Notes: generated by a model not told the origin, from the sequence alone. Positions 51,837 through 62,063 are shown, numbered from the whole stretch's first letter. The stretch: DNA of 63,789 bases, filler included, from Anaerolineae bacterium (GCA_041082215.1; 5 parts of 5 records of this genome joined end to end with filler, not necessarily neighbours in it), one strand, 5' to 3'. A program made the numbers and translations.

Positions 51837-52913
51837 TTAGAAAATATAGATCGGCGTGCCCACCTGACTGTTGCCCTGAACAAAGTCGTCCTCCGCCCCG
51901 CCGAGGGGATAGGCCCAGCGGTAGATCCAGCGGGCGGCGTCGGTGGAGACGTTGAGACAGCCGTGGCTGCGGGGGACGCCGAAGTCGTTGTGCCAGTAGG
52001 TGCCGTGGATGGCGGTGCCGCTCTGGTCGAAGAAGGTGTTCCACGGCACCCCGGGCAGGTCAAAGAGGTCGGCGGGCACCGGGTCCCCTTCCTTTTGGGG
52101 ACGGTTGCTCATGTGACGGGAGGGCTGTTTGAGGATCACGCAATGCTCCCCCTTGGGTGTGCCCAGGTCCTCCACCGTGCCGTCCTCATGGGTGCGCAGG
52201 CCGATCCCGGAGGAGCAGGGGGTGGTGAAGACAACCCGGTTCCCCTCAAAGCAGGTAATCCGCTGCTTGCTCAGGTCCACCTCGATCCGCTTGGCTCCGG
52301 CGAAGGGGCGGATAGGGGAAAGCTCCTCCCGCCCGATGCGGCGGACGTCCCGGGCGAGCACCCACTGGTGGGTCGGCGGGGGGAACTCATCGTAGACCTG
52401 ATACCAGCCATTGCCGAGCTCGTCGAAGGCGACGCCCACCACATGATAGACCGTGCCGTTGTAGAAGCGGTAGGGGCTGGGGGCCTCAAGATGCGGCTCT
52501 TTGCGTGCGTCGGTGAAGGGGACACAGACCTCCCCCCAGAAGCCCCACTCACCCAGGTCGGTGATGGTGGGCTGGGGCGGCCAGACCCACAGGGGTTGCA
52601 CCCAGGCGGAGAAGACGTAACCATCCGGGGTTTCGTACCACAGGTCGTTATAGGCGTTGAGGCCGGGGGCACGCACCTCTCCGAGAATGGTGAAGGTGTC
52701 CTCCCGGGACCAGGTCCCCAGCCGCCCGGCATCGGCGCGGGGGGCATCGTAGATGACCACCGTATGGATCGCCCGTCCCATCCGCACGGGGCCGCCGCTG
52801 AGCGGGCGCTGCGGCCGCCTTCTGTCACCCTCCTCTGGCAGGGCGGGCAACAGGGCTGCCCCCAGGGCAACCCCGGAGAGGCGCAGAAACTCTCTTCTGG
52901 AAAACTGGCCCAT
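51837..52913 (-). CDS. Tat-exported L,D-transpeptidase (YkuD family)
   Basis: SRREFL signal; IHGTYWHNDFG.PRSHGCLN. Confidence 0.9.
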   Translation of the reverse strand: MGQFSRREFLRLSGVALGAALLPALPEEGDRRRPQRPLSGGPVRMGRAIHTVVIYDAPRADAGRLGTWSREDTFTILGEVRAPGLNAYNDLWYETPDGYVFSAWVQPLWVWPPQPTITDLGEWGFWGEVCVPFTDARKEPHLEAPSPYRFYNGTVYHVVGVAFDELGNGWYQVYDEFPPPTHQWVLARDVRRIGREELSPIRPFAGAKRIEVDLSKQRITCFEGNRVVFTTPCSSGIGLRTHEDGTVEDLGTPKGEHCVILKQPSRHMSNRPQKEGDPVPADLFDLPGVPWNTFFDQSGTAIHGTYWHNDFGVPRSHGCLNVSTDAARWIYRWAYPLGGAEDDFVQGNSQVGTPIYIF

Positions 52914-52961
52914 ACGATCTCCTCCCTAACAGGCGATATGCCAGCCCGGCCATCCACCTGG

Positions 52962-53134
52962 CCCTCACCCCACCCCCGCCCCTCTCCCGCGCGGCGGGAG
53001 TTGTCCTCACCTCACCCCCTCCCCTCTCCCGCGCGGCGGGAGTTGCCCTCACCCCACCCCCGCCCGCCTGCGGCGGGCACCCCCTCCCCTCTACCGCGCG
53101 GCGGGAGTTGCCCTCACCCCACCCCCGCCCGCCT
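52962..53134. repeat. About 4 copies of a CCCTCACCCC...CCCTCTCCCGCGCGGCGGGAG hairpin repeat running to the contig end
   Basis: Direct repeats are visible, with the palindrome CTCCCGC-GCG-GCGGGAG. Confidence 0.8.
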
Positions 53135-53234
53135 NNNNNNNNNNNNNNNNNNNNNNNNNNNNNNNNNNNNNNNNNNNNTTAATTAATTAANNNNNNNNNN
53201 NNNNNNNNNNNNNNNNNNNNNNNNNNNNNNNNNN
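53135..53234. other. Artificial contig linker
   Basis: N runs flanking TTAATTAATTAA. Confidence 0.99.
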
Positions 53235-53817
53235 TGATCGGGCGATCGAACAGTTCCGGGCGGCGATCCGCGCCGCCCCCGACGAGCCGGAGTACCGTCT
53301 GAACCTGGCGAAGGCGCTTTCGCGGGCCGGCGACTTCGATCAGGCCCTGCGGGCAGTGGCCGACTTTCTGCGTCTGGAACCCGATTCGAAGGTCTCCGAA
53401 CGGCTTCAGCAGCTCTTCGCCTCCGGGCTGGACCCGGTGGAGAGCGTGCTCACAGAGAGGATGAGCATGGCTCGCCTGCCGATCGAGGAGATCGGGGCTG
53501 CGCTGAAGATATGGCTGGAGTTCCGCATCGCCATCGGCCGTGAGCCGCTGGTCCTGCGCAAGCCGGAGGCCTGGGCGGCGGCGGTGGACTACACCGTCCG
53601 CAAGGTCAACCTGCGCCAGATCACACAACGGGAGATCGCAGAGCTGTACGGAGTGGGCGAGCGTACCGTACACGAACGCTTTGAAGAGCTGGTCTCTGTG
53701 CTGGATGTCATGCCCTGCGACTACCGGTACTTCGTGGGGGACGACAACCCGCTGGATAAGCTGGTGGAGGCAGCGGAACTCCTGGAGAAACTGGAAGCCC
53801 GGTTCCACGAACCGTGA
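53235..53817 (+). CDS. TPR protein with C-terminal helical/HTH-like domain (5' truncated)
   Basis: EYRLNLAKALSRAGDFDQAL; RKPEAWAAAVDY; TQREIAELYGV. Confidence 0.7.
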
Positions 53818-53840
53818 GCCTGCAACCGCACCTGGGGAGG

Positions 53841-53868
53841 AAGCCCGCTACCTTGGGTAGCGGGCTTT
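53841..53868 (+). terminator. Hairpin terminator
   Basis: AAGCCCGCTACC-TTG-GGTAGCGGGCTT. Confidence 0.6.
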
Positions 53869-53967
53869 GCCTGTGGAGAGGATGTGCGTTAACCAAACCG
53901 TAACCGCATCGCAATTTCGAGCCGGTTTTTTTGTGGTATTCTCTGGGCAGAGCAGGAGGGGCTGGTC

Positions 53968-54855
53968 GTGCGTTTGACTCTCTCGGCCTGTCCGCCCTTC
54001 TCCCTTTGGGCGGTCGTGGAATCCCACGGATGGGCGCGGCTCCCGCCTTTCTCCGTTGACCGATCGGCGGGGGTGCTTGCGCGCGTCGAGCGGCTGGCAA
54101 GCGGCCGGGTGGTGGAGCTTCTCATCAGGGAAGCAGTGGGCGGGGTCTCCGTGGAGATGCGGGACCCCCTGAACGGCCCCGAACGGGAGGAGGTGAGCCG
54201 CAAGGTCTGGTGGATGCTGGGACTGGGGGAGGACCTGACCCCCTTCTACGCCCTTGCCCGGAAGGAACCCAAGCTGGCCCACGTCGAGCATCGGGCGTTG
54301 GGGCGGATGCTCCGTTCCCCCACGGTCTTCGAAGACCTGGTGAAGACGATGTTGACCACCAACACTACCTGGAACGGGACGATCCGCATGGTGGAGGCGC
54401 TCGTCTCCCACTTTGGGGACCCCCTGCCCACCGATCCTTCCCGCAATGCCTTCCCTACCCCACAACAACTGGCGGCGAGGACCGAGGAGGAGCTTCGGGA
54501 CCTGGGGTTGGGGTATCGCGCTCCTTTTGTGGCAGAATTATCCAGACGGGTGGCCGCTGGGGAGCTGGACCTGGAGGGATTGAAGGATTCTAACCGACCA
54601 GCAGAGGAACTGCGTGAAGTCCTGCTCAGTGTGAGGGGGGTGGGCGAATACGCAGCGGCTACCCTTCTCATGCTTCTGGGCAGACACGACTACCTGCCGA
54701 TTGATACCTGGGCCTGCAAGCTGGTCTCCCGCGAGTGGTACGGCGGTGAGCCAGTAGGCCGGGAAGAGGTGGAGGCAGTCTTCGAACGATGGGGTCCCTG
54801 GAAGGGGCTGGCCTACTGGTTCTGGGACTGGGCCCTGTGGGAGGAAAAGGCGTGA
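53968..54855 (+). CDS. HhH-GPD DNA glycosylase (AlkA/Ogg-like)
   Basis: FPTPQQL, GLGYRA, LLSVRGVGEYAA, LPIDTW. Confidence 0.88.
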   Translation: MRLTLSACPPFSLWAVVESHGWARLPPFSVDRSAGVLARVERLASGRVVELLIREAVGGVSVEMRDPLNGPEREEVSRKVWWMLGLGEDLTPFYALARKEPKLAHVEHRALGRMLRSPTVFEDLVKTMLTTNTTWNGTIRMVEALVSHFGDPLPTDPSRNAFPTPQQLAARTEEELRDLGLGYRAPFVAELSRRVAAGELDLEGLKDSNRPAEELREVLLSVRGVGEYAAATLLMLLGRHDYLPIDTWACKLVSREWYGGEPVGREEVEAVFERWGPWKGLAYWFWDWALWEEKA

Positions 54856-54875
54856 GAGGGAGCAACAGAGCCGGA

Positions 54876-56669
54876 ATGATCAGGGGAAGCCTGGGAGCCG
54901 CTCTGCTGGAAAGCATGCGGGCCGTCCAGCGGGCGCTCCTGCAGCAACCTGGCCTTCCTCCCGAGGTGCTGGTTCAGCGGATCGAGGAATGGAAACAACT
55001 GGTCGAGGAGATGGCAGAAGGATCGGCCCAGGGAGCGGAGCTGGCAACCCTGTATGAGATGAGCCAGGCCCTGAACTCCTCCCTCGACCTCTCAGAGACC
55101 CTCCAGGTGGTTATGGACTCCCTTATCCATCTCACCGGTGCGGAGCGGGGCTGTCTGATGATGCTGGATGAGGAAGGGAACCTGGAGATTCAGGCAGCCC
55201 AGAGCTTCGACCAGCAAAACGTTGATGCATCCGACCTGGAGCTCAGCCACACCGTCGTCCGAAAGGCCGTGGAGGAAGGTCAGCCGGTGCTGACCACCAA
55301 CGCCCAGATTGACCCCCGTTTCTCCAGTCAGGAGAGCGTCATCGGGTATCAGTTACGTTCCATCATCTGCGTCCCTCTCCACGTGCGGGGACGGGTGATC
55401 GGTGCCCTCTACCTGGATAACCGGATCCGGGAGGGGGTCTTTTCCGAGACCGACCTCCCCATCCTGAAGGCCTTTGCCAACCAGGCCGCCGTGGCGATCG
55501 AGAACGCCCGCCTCTATACGATGACCGATCAGGCCCTGGCCGCCCGGGTCGAGGAACTCACCACCCTTCAGAGGATTGACCAGGAGCTGAACGCCAGCCT
55601 GGATGTCGGGCGGGTGCTGGATCTGACCCTCTCGTGGGCGATGCGGGCCACAGGAGCCAGAGGAGGAACGCTGAGCATCCTGGACGACGAGGGGAAGATC
55701 CAGACGATTGCCCATATGGGAAGTGAGACTTCGACAGCGCTGACCCCCGATCTGTTGCAGGCTGCGATGGCTAACCAGCAGCCAGTCGTCGTTGGGGATG
55801 GCCGGATTCTGGTGCCCATCCGTTCCAAAGACCGGGTGATCGGGCTGCTGGACCTGGTGGGGGACGGCGATGGGCCGTTTCGACAGGACCATGTCCAGCT
55901 CGTCGGCCGGCTGGCGGACCACGCCGCCGTCGCTATTGAGAATGCCCGGCTTTATGAGAAGGTGCAGCAGGCCAACCTGGCCAAGTCTGAATTCGTCTCC
56001 GTGGTCTCCCACGAGCTGCGCACGCCGATGACCTCCATCCGGGGCTATGCCGACCTGCTGGCCAAGGGGGTCGTCGGCCCGCTCACTCCCCAGCAGGAGG
56101 AGTTCGTCCGCACCATCCTCAGCAACGTCGAGCGGATGCAGGTGCTGGTCTCCGACCTGCGGGATATATCCCGCATCGAAACGGGACAACTGCGGCTGGA
56201 GATGGAGGCGGTACACCTGAAGGACGCACTGGAGAGCGCGCTGGGAACCATCCAGGCCCAGATCGAGGCCCGATCCCAGGAACTGACCATCATGGTGCCG
56301 GAGGGGTTGCCGCCGGTCTATGCCGACCCCAACCGGCTGGCGCAGATCCTCACCAACCTGCTCAGCAACGCCCACAAATACACCCCCGAGGGGGGGCGGA
56401 TCGGCGTGCGGGCCTGGCTGGACGGGGGATACGTCCATTGCGCTGTCTCCGACACCGGCATCGGTATGTCCCCGGAGGACCAGGCCCGGTTGTTCACCAA
56501 GTTCTTCCGCTCCGAGAACCCGGCGGTGCGAGAACAGCCGGGGACCGGACTGGGGCTTTGTATCGTCAAGAGCCTGGTGGAACTCCAGGGGGGAAGGATC
56601 GAGGTGGAGAGCCAGCTCGGAAAAGGGACCACCTTTACGTTTACCGTGCCGGTGGCTGTGGGGAACTGA
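54876..56669 (+). CDS. GAF-GAF sensor histidine kinase
   Basis: Two AVAIENARLY GAF ends; SHELRTP; NLLSNA; DTGIG; GTGLGL. Confidence 0.95.
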   Translation: MIRGSLGAALLESMRAVQRALLQQPGLPPEVLVQRIEEWKQLVEEMAEGSAQGAELATLYEMSQALNSSLDLSETLQVVMDSLIHLTGAERGCLMMLDEEGNLEIQAAQSFDQQNVDASDLELSHTVVRKAVEEGQPVLTTNAQIDPRFSSQESVIGYQLRSIICVPLHVRGRVIGALYLDNRIREGVFSETDLPILKAFANQAAVAIENARLYTMTDQALAARVEELTTLQRIDQELNASLDVGRVLDLTLSWAMRATGARGGTLSILDDEGKIQTIAHMGSETSTALTPDLLQAAMANQQPVVVGDGRILVPIRSKDRVIGLLDLVGDGDGPFRQDHVQLVGRLADHAAVAIENARLYEKVQQANLAKSEFVSVVSHELRTPMTSIRGYADLLAKGVVGPLTPQQEEFVRTILSNVERMQVLVSDLRDISRIETGQLRLEMEAVHLKDALESALGTIQAQIEARSQELTIMVPEGLPPVYADPNRLAQILTNLLSNAHKYTPEGGRIGVRAWLDGGYVHCAVSDTGIGMSPEDQARLFTKFFRSENPAVREQPGTGLGLCIVKSLVELQGGRIEVESQLGKGTTFTFTVPVAVGN

Positions 56670-57603
56670 AGTCGTTCAACCACTCCCACACGAAGGCTTC
56701 GATGGCCTCCGGGGGGGTCCGGGTGACGTCGAACCAGCGGATGTGGGGGTCGTTCAGGCGGAACCAGTTGTACTGGTGACGGATCAACCGGCGGGTGGCC
56801 CGCTTGATCTCCGTCACCACCTCCTCCAGTGTCGCTTTCCCCTCAAAGTAAGGCCGGAACTGCACGTAGCCCAGGCCCGACATCGCCGGCAGCTCCCAGC
56901 TGTACCCTGCTTCCAGGAGCCGTCGAACTTCCTCCAGCAACCCCGCCTCCATCATCCTTTCCACTCGCTCGTCGGCGCGGGCATAGAGGGCGGCCCGGTC
57001 CATCGTGAGGCCGATCTGGAGGGTCCGGTACGGCGGCGGCTGGCGGAGCTGCTGGGCGGAGAAGGGCTGGCCGGTGGTCAGGCAGACCTCCAGGGCACGG
57101 ATCACACGGCGGACGTTGCGCGGTTCGATGCGGGCCGCTGCCTCCGGGTCGAGGGAGGCGAGGCGGGCGTGGAGCGCTTCGGCCCCCTCCCGTCGGGCCT
57201 GCGCCTCCAGCTCGGCCCGAAGCCGGGGGTCGGGGGGGACGGCGGGGGGACTCCACCCTTCCACCACGGCCCGCACGTACTGGCCTGTCCCCCCGACCAG
57301 CATCGGTAGCCGACCCCGGCCGTGAACGGCAGCGATGACCTCCTGGGCCATCCGTCTGAACCGGGCCAGCCCTACCGTCTCATCGGGGTCGGCGATGTCT
57401 ATGAGGTGGTGGGGGACCCGCGCCCGTTCCTGGGGGGTCGGCTTGGCCGTGCCGATGTCCATCCCCCGGTAGAAGAGGCGGGAGTCGGCAGAAACGACCT
57501 CCCCGCCCAGCCGTTCCCCCAGATACAGCGAGAGCGCCGTCTTCCCTACCGCTGTGGGGCCTACGATGACCAGTAACCCTGTCACCCAGTTACCCTCCCC
57601 CAA
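56641..57603 (-). CDS. miaA: tRNA dimethylallyltransferase
   Basis: GPTAVGKT, SADSR, GMDIGTAKP, GGTGQY, RRVIRALEV. Confidence 0.97.
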   Translation of the reverse strand: MGEGNWVTGLLVIVGPTAVGKTALSLYLGERLGGEVVSADSRLFYRGMDIGTAKPTPQERARVPHHLIDIADPDETVGLARFRRMAQEVIAAVHGRGRLPMLVGGTGQYVRAVVEGWSPPAVPPDPRLRAELEAQARREGAEALHARLASLDPEAAARIEPRNVRRVIRALEVCLTTGQPFSAQQLRQPPPYRTLQIGLTMDRAALYARADERVERMMEAGLLEEVRRLLEAGYSWELPAMSGLGYVQFRPYFEGKATLEEVVTEIKRATRRLIRHQYNWFRLNDPHIRWFDVTRTPPEAIEAFVWEWLNDFSSPQPPAR

Positions 57604-57961
57604 TCACATTTTCCAGCAATTCGACCCGGACCAATCTGCCCGATCGGTCCAGCTCAACCGCCACCAGGTCCAGCCGCCATTCGACCTCCTCCAGCCCGTG
57701 CTCGGCCATATAGTGCCCGGCCACTTCGAGCATACGGGCCTGCTTGGCGGGGGTCAGAGACTCCTCCGGTGTTCCGTAGCCCATTCCCCGGCGGGTGCGC
57801 ACCTCGACGAAGTGCCACACATCCCCTTTCCGGGCCACGATGTCCACCTCGCCGGCCTCACAGCGCCAGTTCCGCGCCACGATCTCGAAGCCCCGGCGGG
57901 CCAGCTCCTGAACGGCCAGCGCTTCCCCCCGATGGCCCAGCCCAACGCGGCTGCGGTTCAT
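57590..57961 (-). CDS. YraN family endonuclease-like protein
   Basis: G..GE, RNWRC..GEVDIVA, FVEVRTR. Confidence 0.92.
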   Translation of the reverse strand: MNRSRVGLGHRGEALAVQELARRGFEIVARNWRCEAGEVDIVARKGDVWHFVEVRTRRGMGYGTPEESLTPAKQARMLEVAGHYMAEHGLEEVEWRLDLVAVELDRSGRLVRVELLENVIGGG

Positions 57962-59094
57962 CTCCTGCGCCTCTCCAGCATCTGCTCGTAGAGAGCGACC
58001 ATCTGGGCGGTGGTATGCCGGAGGTCATACCGCTGGCTGGCGGCCTGCGCCCCCTCTGAGAGACAGGCCCGGAGCGATCCGTTCCCCGCCAGCTCTGCCC
58101 AGGTCTGGGCCAGGGATTCCACCTCCGGCCTGGCCAGAAGGCCGTTCTCCCCCGGCCGGACGACCTGCCGGATCCACGGCACGTCCAGCCCCACGACCGG
58201 CAGCCCGCCTGCCATCGCTTCGATGACTGCGACAGGGAGCATCTCGATCCGGGAGGCGGTGACGAAAAAGTCGGCAAGGGCCACGTAGGTCGGGATCTCC
58301 TCAGGAGGAACGTTGCCTGTGAACCGGACCCGGCTCCCCAGCCCCATCCGATGGGCGTCGGCCTCCAGCCGATGCCGCTCCACCCCGTCTCCCACAAGCA
58401 GGAGGTGGGCATGGGCCAGCTCCGGTCGGGCGAGGGCCTGCAGGAGGAAAGGGACGTCCTTTTCCCGTTCCATCCGCCCGACGAAGAGGGCAAGCGGAGC
58501 CTCTGCGGGCAGGCCCAGCTCCTCCCTTCGCAGCCGCTTTGCGGGATGCCGGCATCTCTCCAGGTCCACCCCGTAGGGGACCACCTCGATGGGCCGTCTT
58601 ACCCCCAGGTTTCGCATCACCTCTGCCGCCTCTAGCGAAGGGGTGGTCACCACATCGCAGCGGTCGCTGATCCGGCGGAGGATGGGGCGGAGGATCGCCC
58701 GATAGAGGGGAAGGGGCATAAAGGGGATGCGGATCGTGCCCAGCAGGTCGTACCGGCTGTGGCAGGTAAGCAGGATAGGGAGGCCATACCGTCGGCCATA
58801 GCGGAGCGCCATTCCCCCGCTGAGCAGCGGCTGGTTGGGGTGGAGCACGTCCATTGTGCGGAGGAGGGCCCGGGCCTGGCGGGAGTAGCCTGGGGCCACG
58901 TGGTAGCCCGGCTTAACGAAGGGGATGCCGGGGGAACGGACCACCCCTGGCTCATCTTCTGGGTCGGGAGCCCCTAAGGTGAAGACGAAGGCCTGGTGGC
59001 CCAGCTCTTCCAGCGCCCGCTTGTGGAGGGTGATGAAGCGGATCACGCCGTTGCTTCCCGGCCTGTAGCCATCGGTAAGAAGTCCGATGCGCAT
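57958..59094 (-). CDS. Glycosyltransferase family 4 (diacylglycerol glucosyltransferase-like)
   Basis: MRIGLLTDGY.P..NGV, VGRMEREK, IEAMAGG. Confidence 0.9.
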   Translation of the reverse strand: MRIGLLTDGYRPGSNGVIRFITLHKRALEELGHQAFVFTLGAPDPEDEPGVVRSPGIPFVKPGYHVAPGYSRQARALLRTMDVLHPNQPLLSGGMALRYGRRYGLPILLTCHSRYDLLGTIRIPFMPLPLYRAILRPILRRISDRCDVVTTPSLEAAEVMRNLGVRRPIEVVPYGVDLERCRHPAKRLRREELGLPAEAPLALFVGRMEREKDVPFLLQALARPELAHAHLLLVGDGVERHRLEADAHRMGLGSRVRFTGNVPPEEIPTYVALADFFVTASRIEMLPVAVIEAMAGGLPVVGLDVPWIRQVVRPGENGLLARPEVESLAQTWAELAGNGSLRACLSEGAQAASQRYDLRHTTAQMVALYEQMLERRRR

Positions 59095-59112
59095 TCTGCC
59101 TCCCTAAATAAA

Positions 59113-60276
59113 TCAGGGGTTGGAGGGTTTCTGTCGCTTCCGCTCCTCTATAAGCCGGTGATAACAGGCCAGCAGCCGGGCCGAAGTCTGGCGGATGTCG
59201 AACCGGTGGCGGCTCCGGCGGGCCCCTTCGGCCAGGCGGGCCCGCAGGTCGCCGTCCTGCGCCAGGCGGACCATCTGCCCGGCGAAGGCGTCCACGTCCT
59301 CGGAGCTAAGCAGGCCGTTGTCCCCATTCTCGATGGAGTCCTCGATGCCGGGAGAGGTGATGCCCAGGGCGGGCAGGCCGGCGGCCAGCGCCTCCAGCAG
59401 GGACAGGGGGTGCACCTCCGAGACGGAAGCGGTCACGAAAAAGTCTGCCATTGGCAGCCAGTTGGGGATCTCTTCATAGGGCACAGCTCCCACCAGATGC
59501 ACCCGATCCGTCAGGACGGCCCAGGAGGCCAGCTCCTGGAGGTGTTCTTTCTGGGGGCCATCGCCGATGATGACGAGGTGGAGGTTGGGGACCAGGTCGG
59601 CGGCCCGACTGAAGGCCCGCAGGAGAAACACGACGTTCTTCTCCGCTGCCACTCTTCCCACGAAGAGCGCCACACAGGCTTCTTCCGGCAGTCCCAGGTC
59701 GGCCTTGGTGAGGGGGGCTGGGGGGTGGGCGATGCGCTCCACCTCCACCCCGTTGGGGATGACCTCGATGGGAGCCTCGACCCCCATCTCCCTCAACAGC
59801 TTCGCCACGTAGTGGCAGGGGGCTACAACCAGGTCGCACTGGTTGGCGAAATGGGGCAGGTAGGTTTCCAGCATGCTCTCGGAGAGGGGGGAAGGCACAA
59901 AAGGGAGGTAATAGCGGGCGTAGAGGTCATACCGGGTGTGGTTGGTAAAGACGAGGGGGATGTTAGCCTTGCGGGCGATGCGGACCGCCTGGCGGCCAGC
60001 CAGGAAGGGGTGGTGGGCATGGAGGACGTCCATCCGCTCTGCCAGCCGCCGGGCCCGGGAGGAGTAACGGAAGCTCAGGTGGTAGCCTGTGTCGGAGAGG
60101 GGGACTGCCGGGGAGCGGACAATGTTGGGTTCTGGGTCCTGGTAATCCTCGTAGCCGATGGTGAAGACGTAGACCTCGTGGCCCCACGATTCCAGGGTCT
60201 TCTTGTGGAGGGCGATAAAGTGGGTCACGCCGTTGATGATCGGCTTGTAGCAGTCGGTCAGTTGGCCGATACGCAA
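59113..60276 (-). CDS. Glycosyltransferase family 4 (diacylglycerol glucosyltransferase-like)
   Basis: TDCYKPIINGV, HAHHPF, FTNHTRYD, GRVAAEKN; AGGAG RBS before TTG60276. Confidence 0.92.
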   Translation of the reverse strand: MRIGQLTDCYKPIINGVTHFIALHKKTLESWGHEVYVFTIGYEDYQDPEPNIVRSPAVPLSDTGYHLSFRYSSRARRLAERMDVLHAHHPFLAGRQAVRIARKANIPLVFTNHTRYDLYARYYLPFVPSPLSESMLETYLPHFANQCDLVVAPCHYVAKLLREMGVEAPIEVIPNGVEVERIAHPPAPLTKADLGLPEEACVALFVGRVAAEKNVVFLLRAFSRAADLVPNLHLVIIGDGPQKEHLQELASWAVLTDRVHLVGAVPYEEIPNWLPMADFFVTASVSEVHPLSLLEALAAGLPALGITSPGIEDSIENGDNGLLSSEDVDAFAGQMVRLAQDGDLRARLAEGARRSRHRFDIRQTSARLLACYHRLIEERKRQKPSNP

Positions 60277-60375
60277 GAGGCTTTCTCCTGTGAAAGTAAA
60301 TAAACCTCTATATGGAGACACAAAGAACACGGAATACCCAGAGGTGTCTCCGTGTCTCTGCGGTCTTTTTTTCGC

Positions 60376-60882
60376 TTAGCGATCGAAGTAGATGGACTTA
60401 CCGGTAGCGGAGAGGGGGATGCCCATCACCAGGTCGGCGTCTATGAGGCCCAGTTCCCGCGCCACGACCCCCGCCCGGTACATGATGCGGTTGTCCACGT
60501 TAAGCATCGCTGCCGTTTTGACCGCCGAGCCGAGGGCAATGCCCATATCCAGAATGCGCATCGCGCAGTTGGGGCCGCGGAACTCTCCCTCCACCGTGTT
60601 GGTCTTGATGCACTTCTGGCTGCCGCAGGCGGCGCAGTTGAGCCCCACTGTGTCGGCGTCCTTGATGCCGATGAGGACCACTGCCGCGGAGTTGAGCACG
60701 TTCCGCCCATCCCGGTCGAAATTGACCTTGCCGGTCCGCTCGCCAAAGGCGATCATCGCCTCTCCCAGCCGCTTCAGCTCCTCCCCCTCGACGATCCTCA
60801 CCACCACGAAGTCCCGTCCGGCAGTTTTAGGCGCGGTTCGGGCGGAAATCTCCATCAGCTCGGCAACCGTCCTCACACTCAT
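60376..60882 (-). CDS. DUF2148 ferredoxin-like domain protein
   Basis: ARTAPK, NCAACG..C, DMGIALGSAVK, VDNRIMY, KSIYFDR. Confidence 0.88.
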   Translation of the reverse strand: MSVRTVAELMEISARTAPKTAGRDFVVVRIVEGEELKRLGEAMIAFGERTGKVNFDRDGRNVLNSAAVVLIGIKDADTVGLNCAACGSQKCIKTNTVEGEFRGPNCAMRILDMGIALGSAVKTAAMLNVDNRIMYRAGVVARELGLIDADLVMGIPLSATGKSIYFDR

Positions 60883-61298
60883 CTTTCCTCCTCCTCGATC
60901 GTGTAGTTGTACGTGATCTCTGCTGCTGCTGCCAGGGTGGCGCCCACTGAACAATATTTGTTCCTGGAAAGCTCGATGGCGTCCTGCACAGCCTTCTCGT
61001 TCAGCCCCCGACCCCGCACCCGATAGGTCAGGTGGATCTTTCGGTAAGCCCACGGTGGTTCGGGTTCCTGTTCACCGGCGACTTCGACCTCCAGGCCGGT
61101 GAGCTGTTGCCGCTTCTTGGAGAGGATGTTAACCACGTCGTAGGCGGTGCAGCCGCCCAGCGCCACCAGCAGCAACTGACTGGGGCTCATTCCGACGCCG
61201 TTCTCCTCATCGGAAGCGGACATCACCACTGAGTGCTTCGTCCCGTCTATTCCTACGAACTGCAGTTTCTCCAGCCACTTCACGCGCACGGTTGCCAC
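60879..61298 (-). CDS. OsmC family protein
   Basis: SP.QLLLVALGGCT..DV, KYCSV. Confidence 0.92.
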   Translation of the reverse strand: MATVRVKWLEKLQFVGIDGTKHSVVMSASDEENGVGMSPSQLLLVALGGCTAYDVVNILSKKRQQLTGLEVEVAGEQEPEPPWAYRKIHLTYRVRGRGLNEKAVQDAIELSRNKYCSVGATLAAAAEITYNYTIEEEER

Positions 61299-61349
61299 TG
61301 GACAACCTCCTGACCGATGCCTGACGTTTGACGTTTGACGATTGATGCG

Positions 61350-62063
61350 CTAAACGTCAAGCGTCATCAACCTCCTCAACTGCCGCGCCGTCCCCACCGC
61401 CTGCCCTCGCCAGTGGTTGTTCATGTAGACCAGGGTGAGCGGTGCTTCAGCATCCAGTTGACGGATCTTCGGCACCCACTCCATCAGCTCCTCGTCGCTG
61501 TAGGTGTAGTCATACCGCTCCCATGCCTCCTCGTGCTGCCACCATTTGGCGACGTTGCGGCCGTGGAAGCGGACGTAGGCCACAGGGCCGGTGGCGACGG
61601 CGATGGGCGGGATCAGCCCTTTCAGCCGGGGCTGGTCCACACAACAGAAGCCCAGGTTCAGCGCCCGCAACTCGTCAAAGGTGCGGCGGGTGATCCAGTC
61701 CCGGCTGCGGAACTCCACCACTACCGGCAGGTCGCCGAAGCCCTCCCGCAGACGGCGCAGGTAGGCGCGGTTCTTCTCGCTGGCGTGGAAGGAATAGGGA
61801 AACTGGACCAATGTGCAGGCGAACTTCCCCGCCTCCCGGAGCGGCTCCAGGGCTTCCACGAACTGGCGGACCAGGGGTTCCGGGTCCTCTCGCTCGTGGG
61901 TGATGCCCTGAAAGGCCTTGACGGAAAAGAGGAACCCTTCTGGTACTTTATCCACTATCTGAGCCAGGGTGGAGGGGCTGGGGATGCGATAGAAGGTGAA
62001 GTTCAGCTCGCACGTTGGGAACTCGCGGGCGTAGAATGGGAGCCACTCCGCCCTGGGCAGGTC
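61350..62063 (-). CDS. DUF72 family protein (5' truncated)
   Basis: ELNFTFY, VEFR, VDQP, YVRFHGRN, YDYTYS, YMNN. Confidence 0.92.
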   Translation of the reverse strand, partial: DLPRAEWLPFYAREFPTCELNFTFYRIPSPSTLAQIVDKVPEGFLFSVKAFQGITHEREDPEPLVRQFVEALEPLREAGKFACTLVQFPYSFHASEKNRAYLRRLREGFGDLPVVVEFRSRDWITRRTFDELRALNLGFCCVDQPRLKGLIPPIAVATGPVAYVRFHGRNVAKWWQHEEAWERYDYTYSDEELMEWVPKIRQLDAEAPLTLVYMNNHWRGQAVGTARQLRRLMTLDV

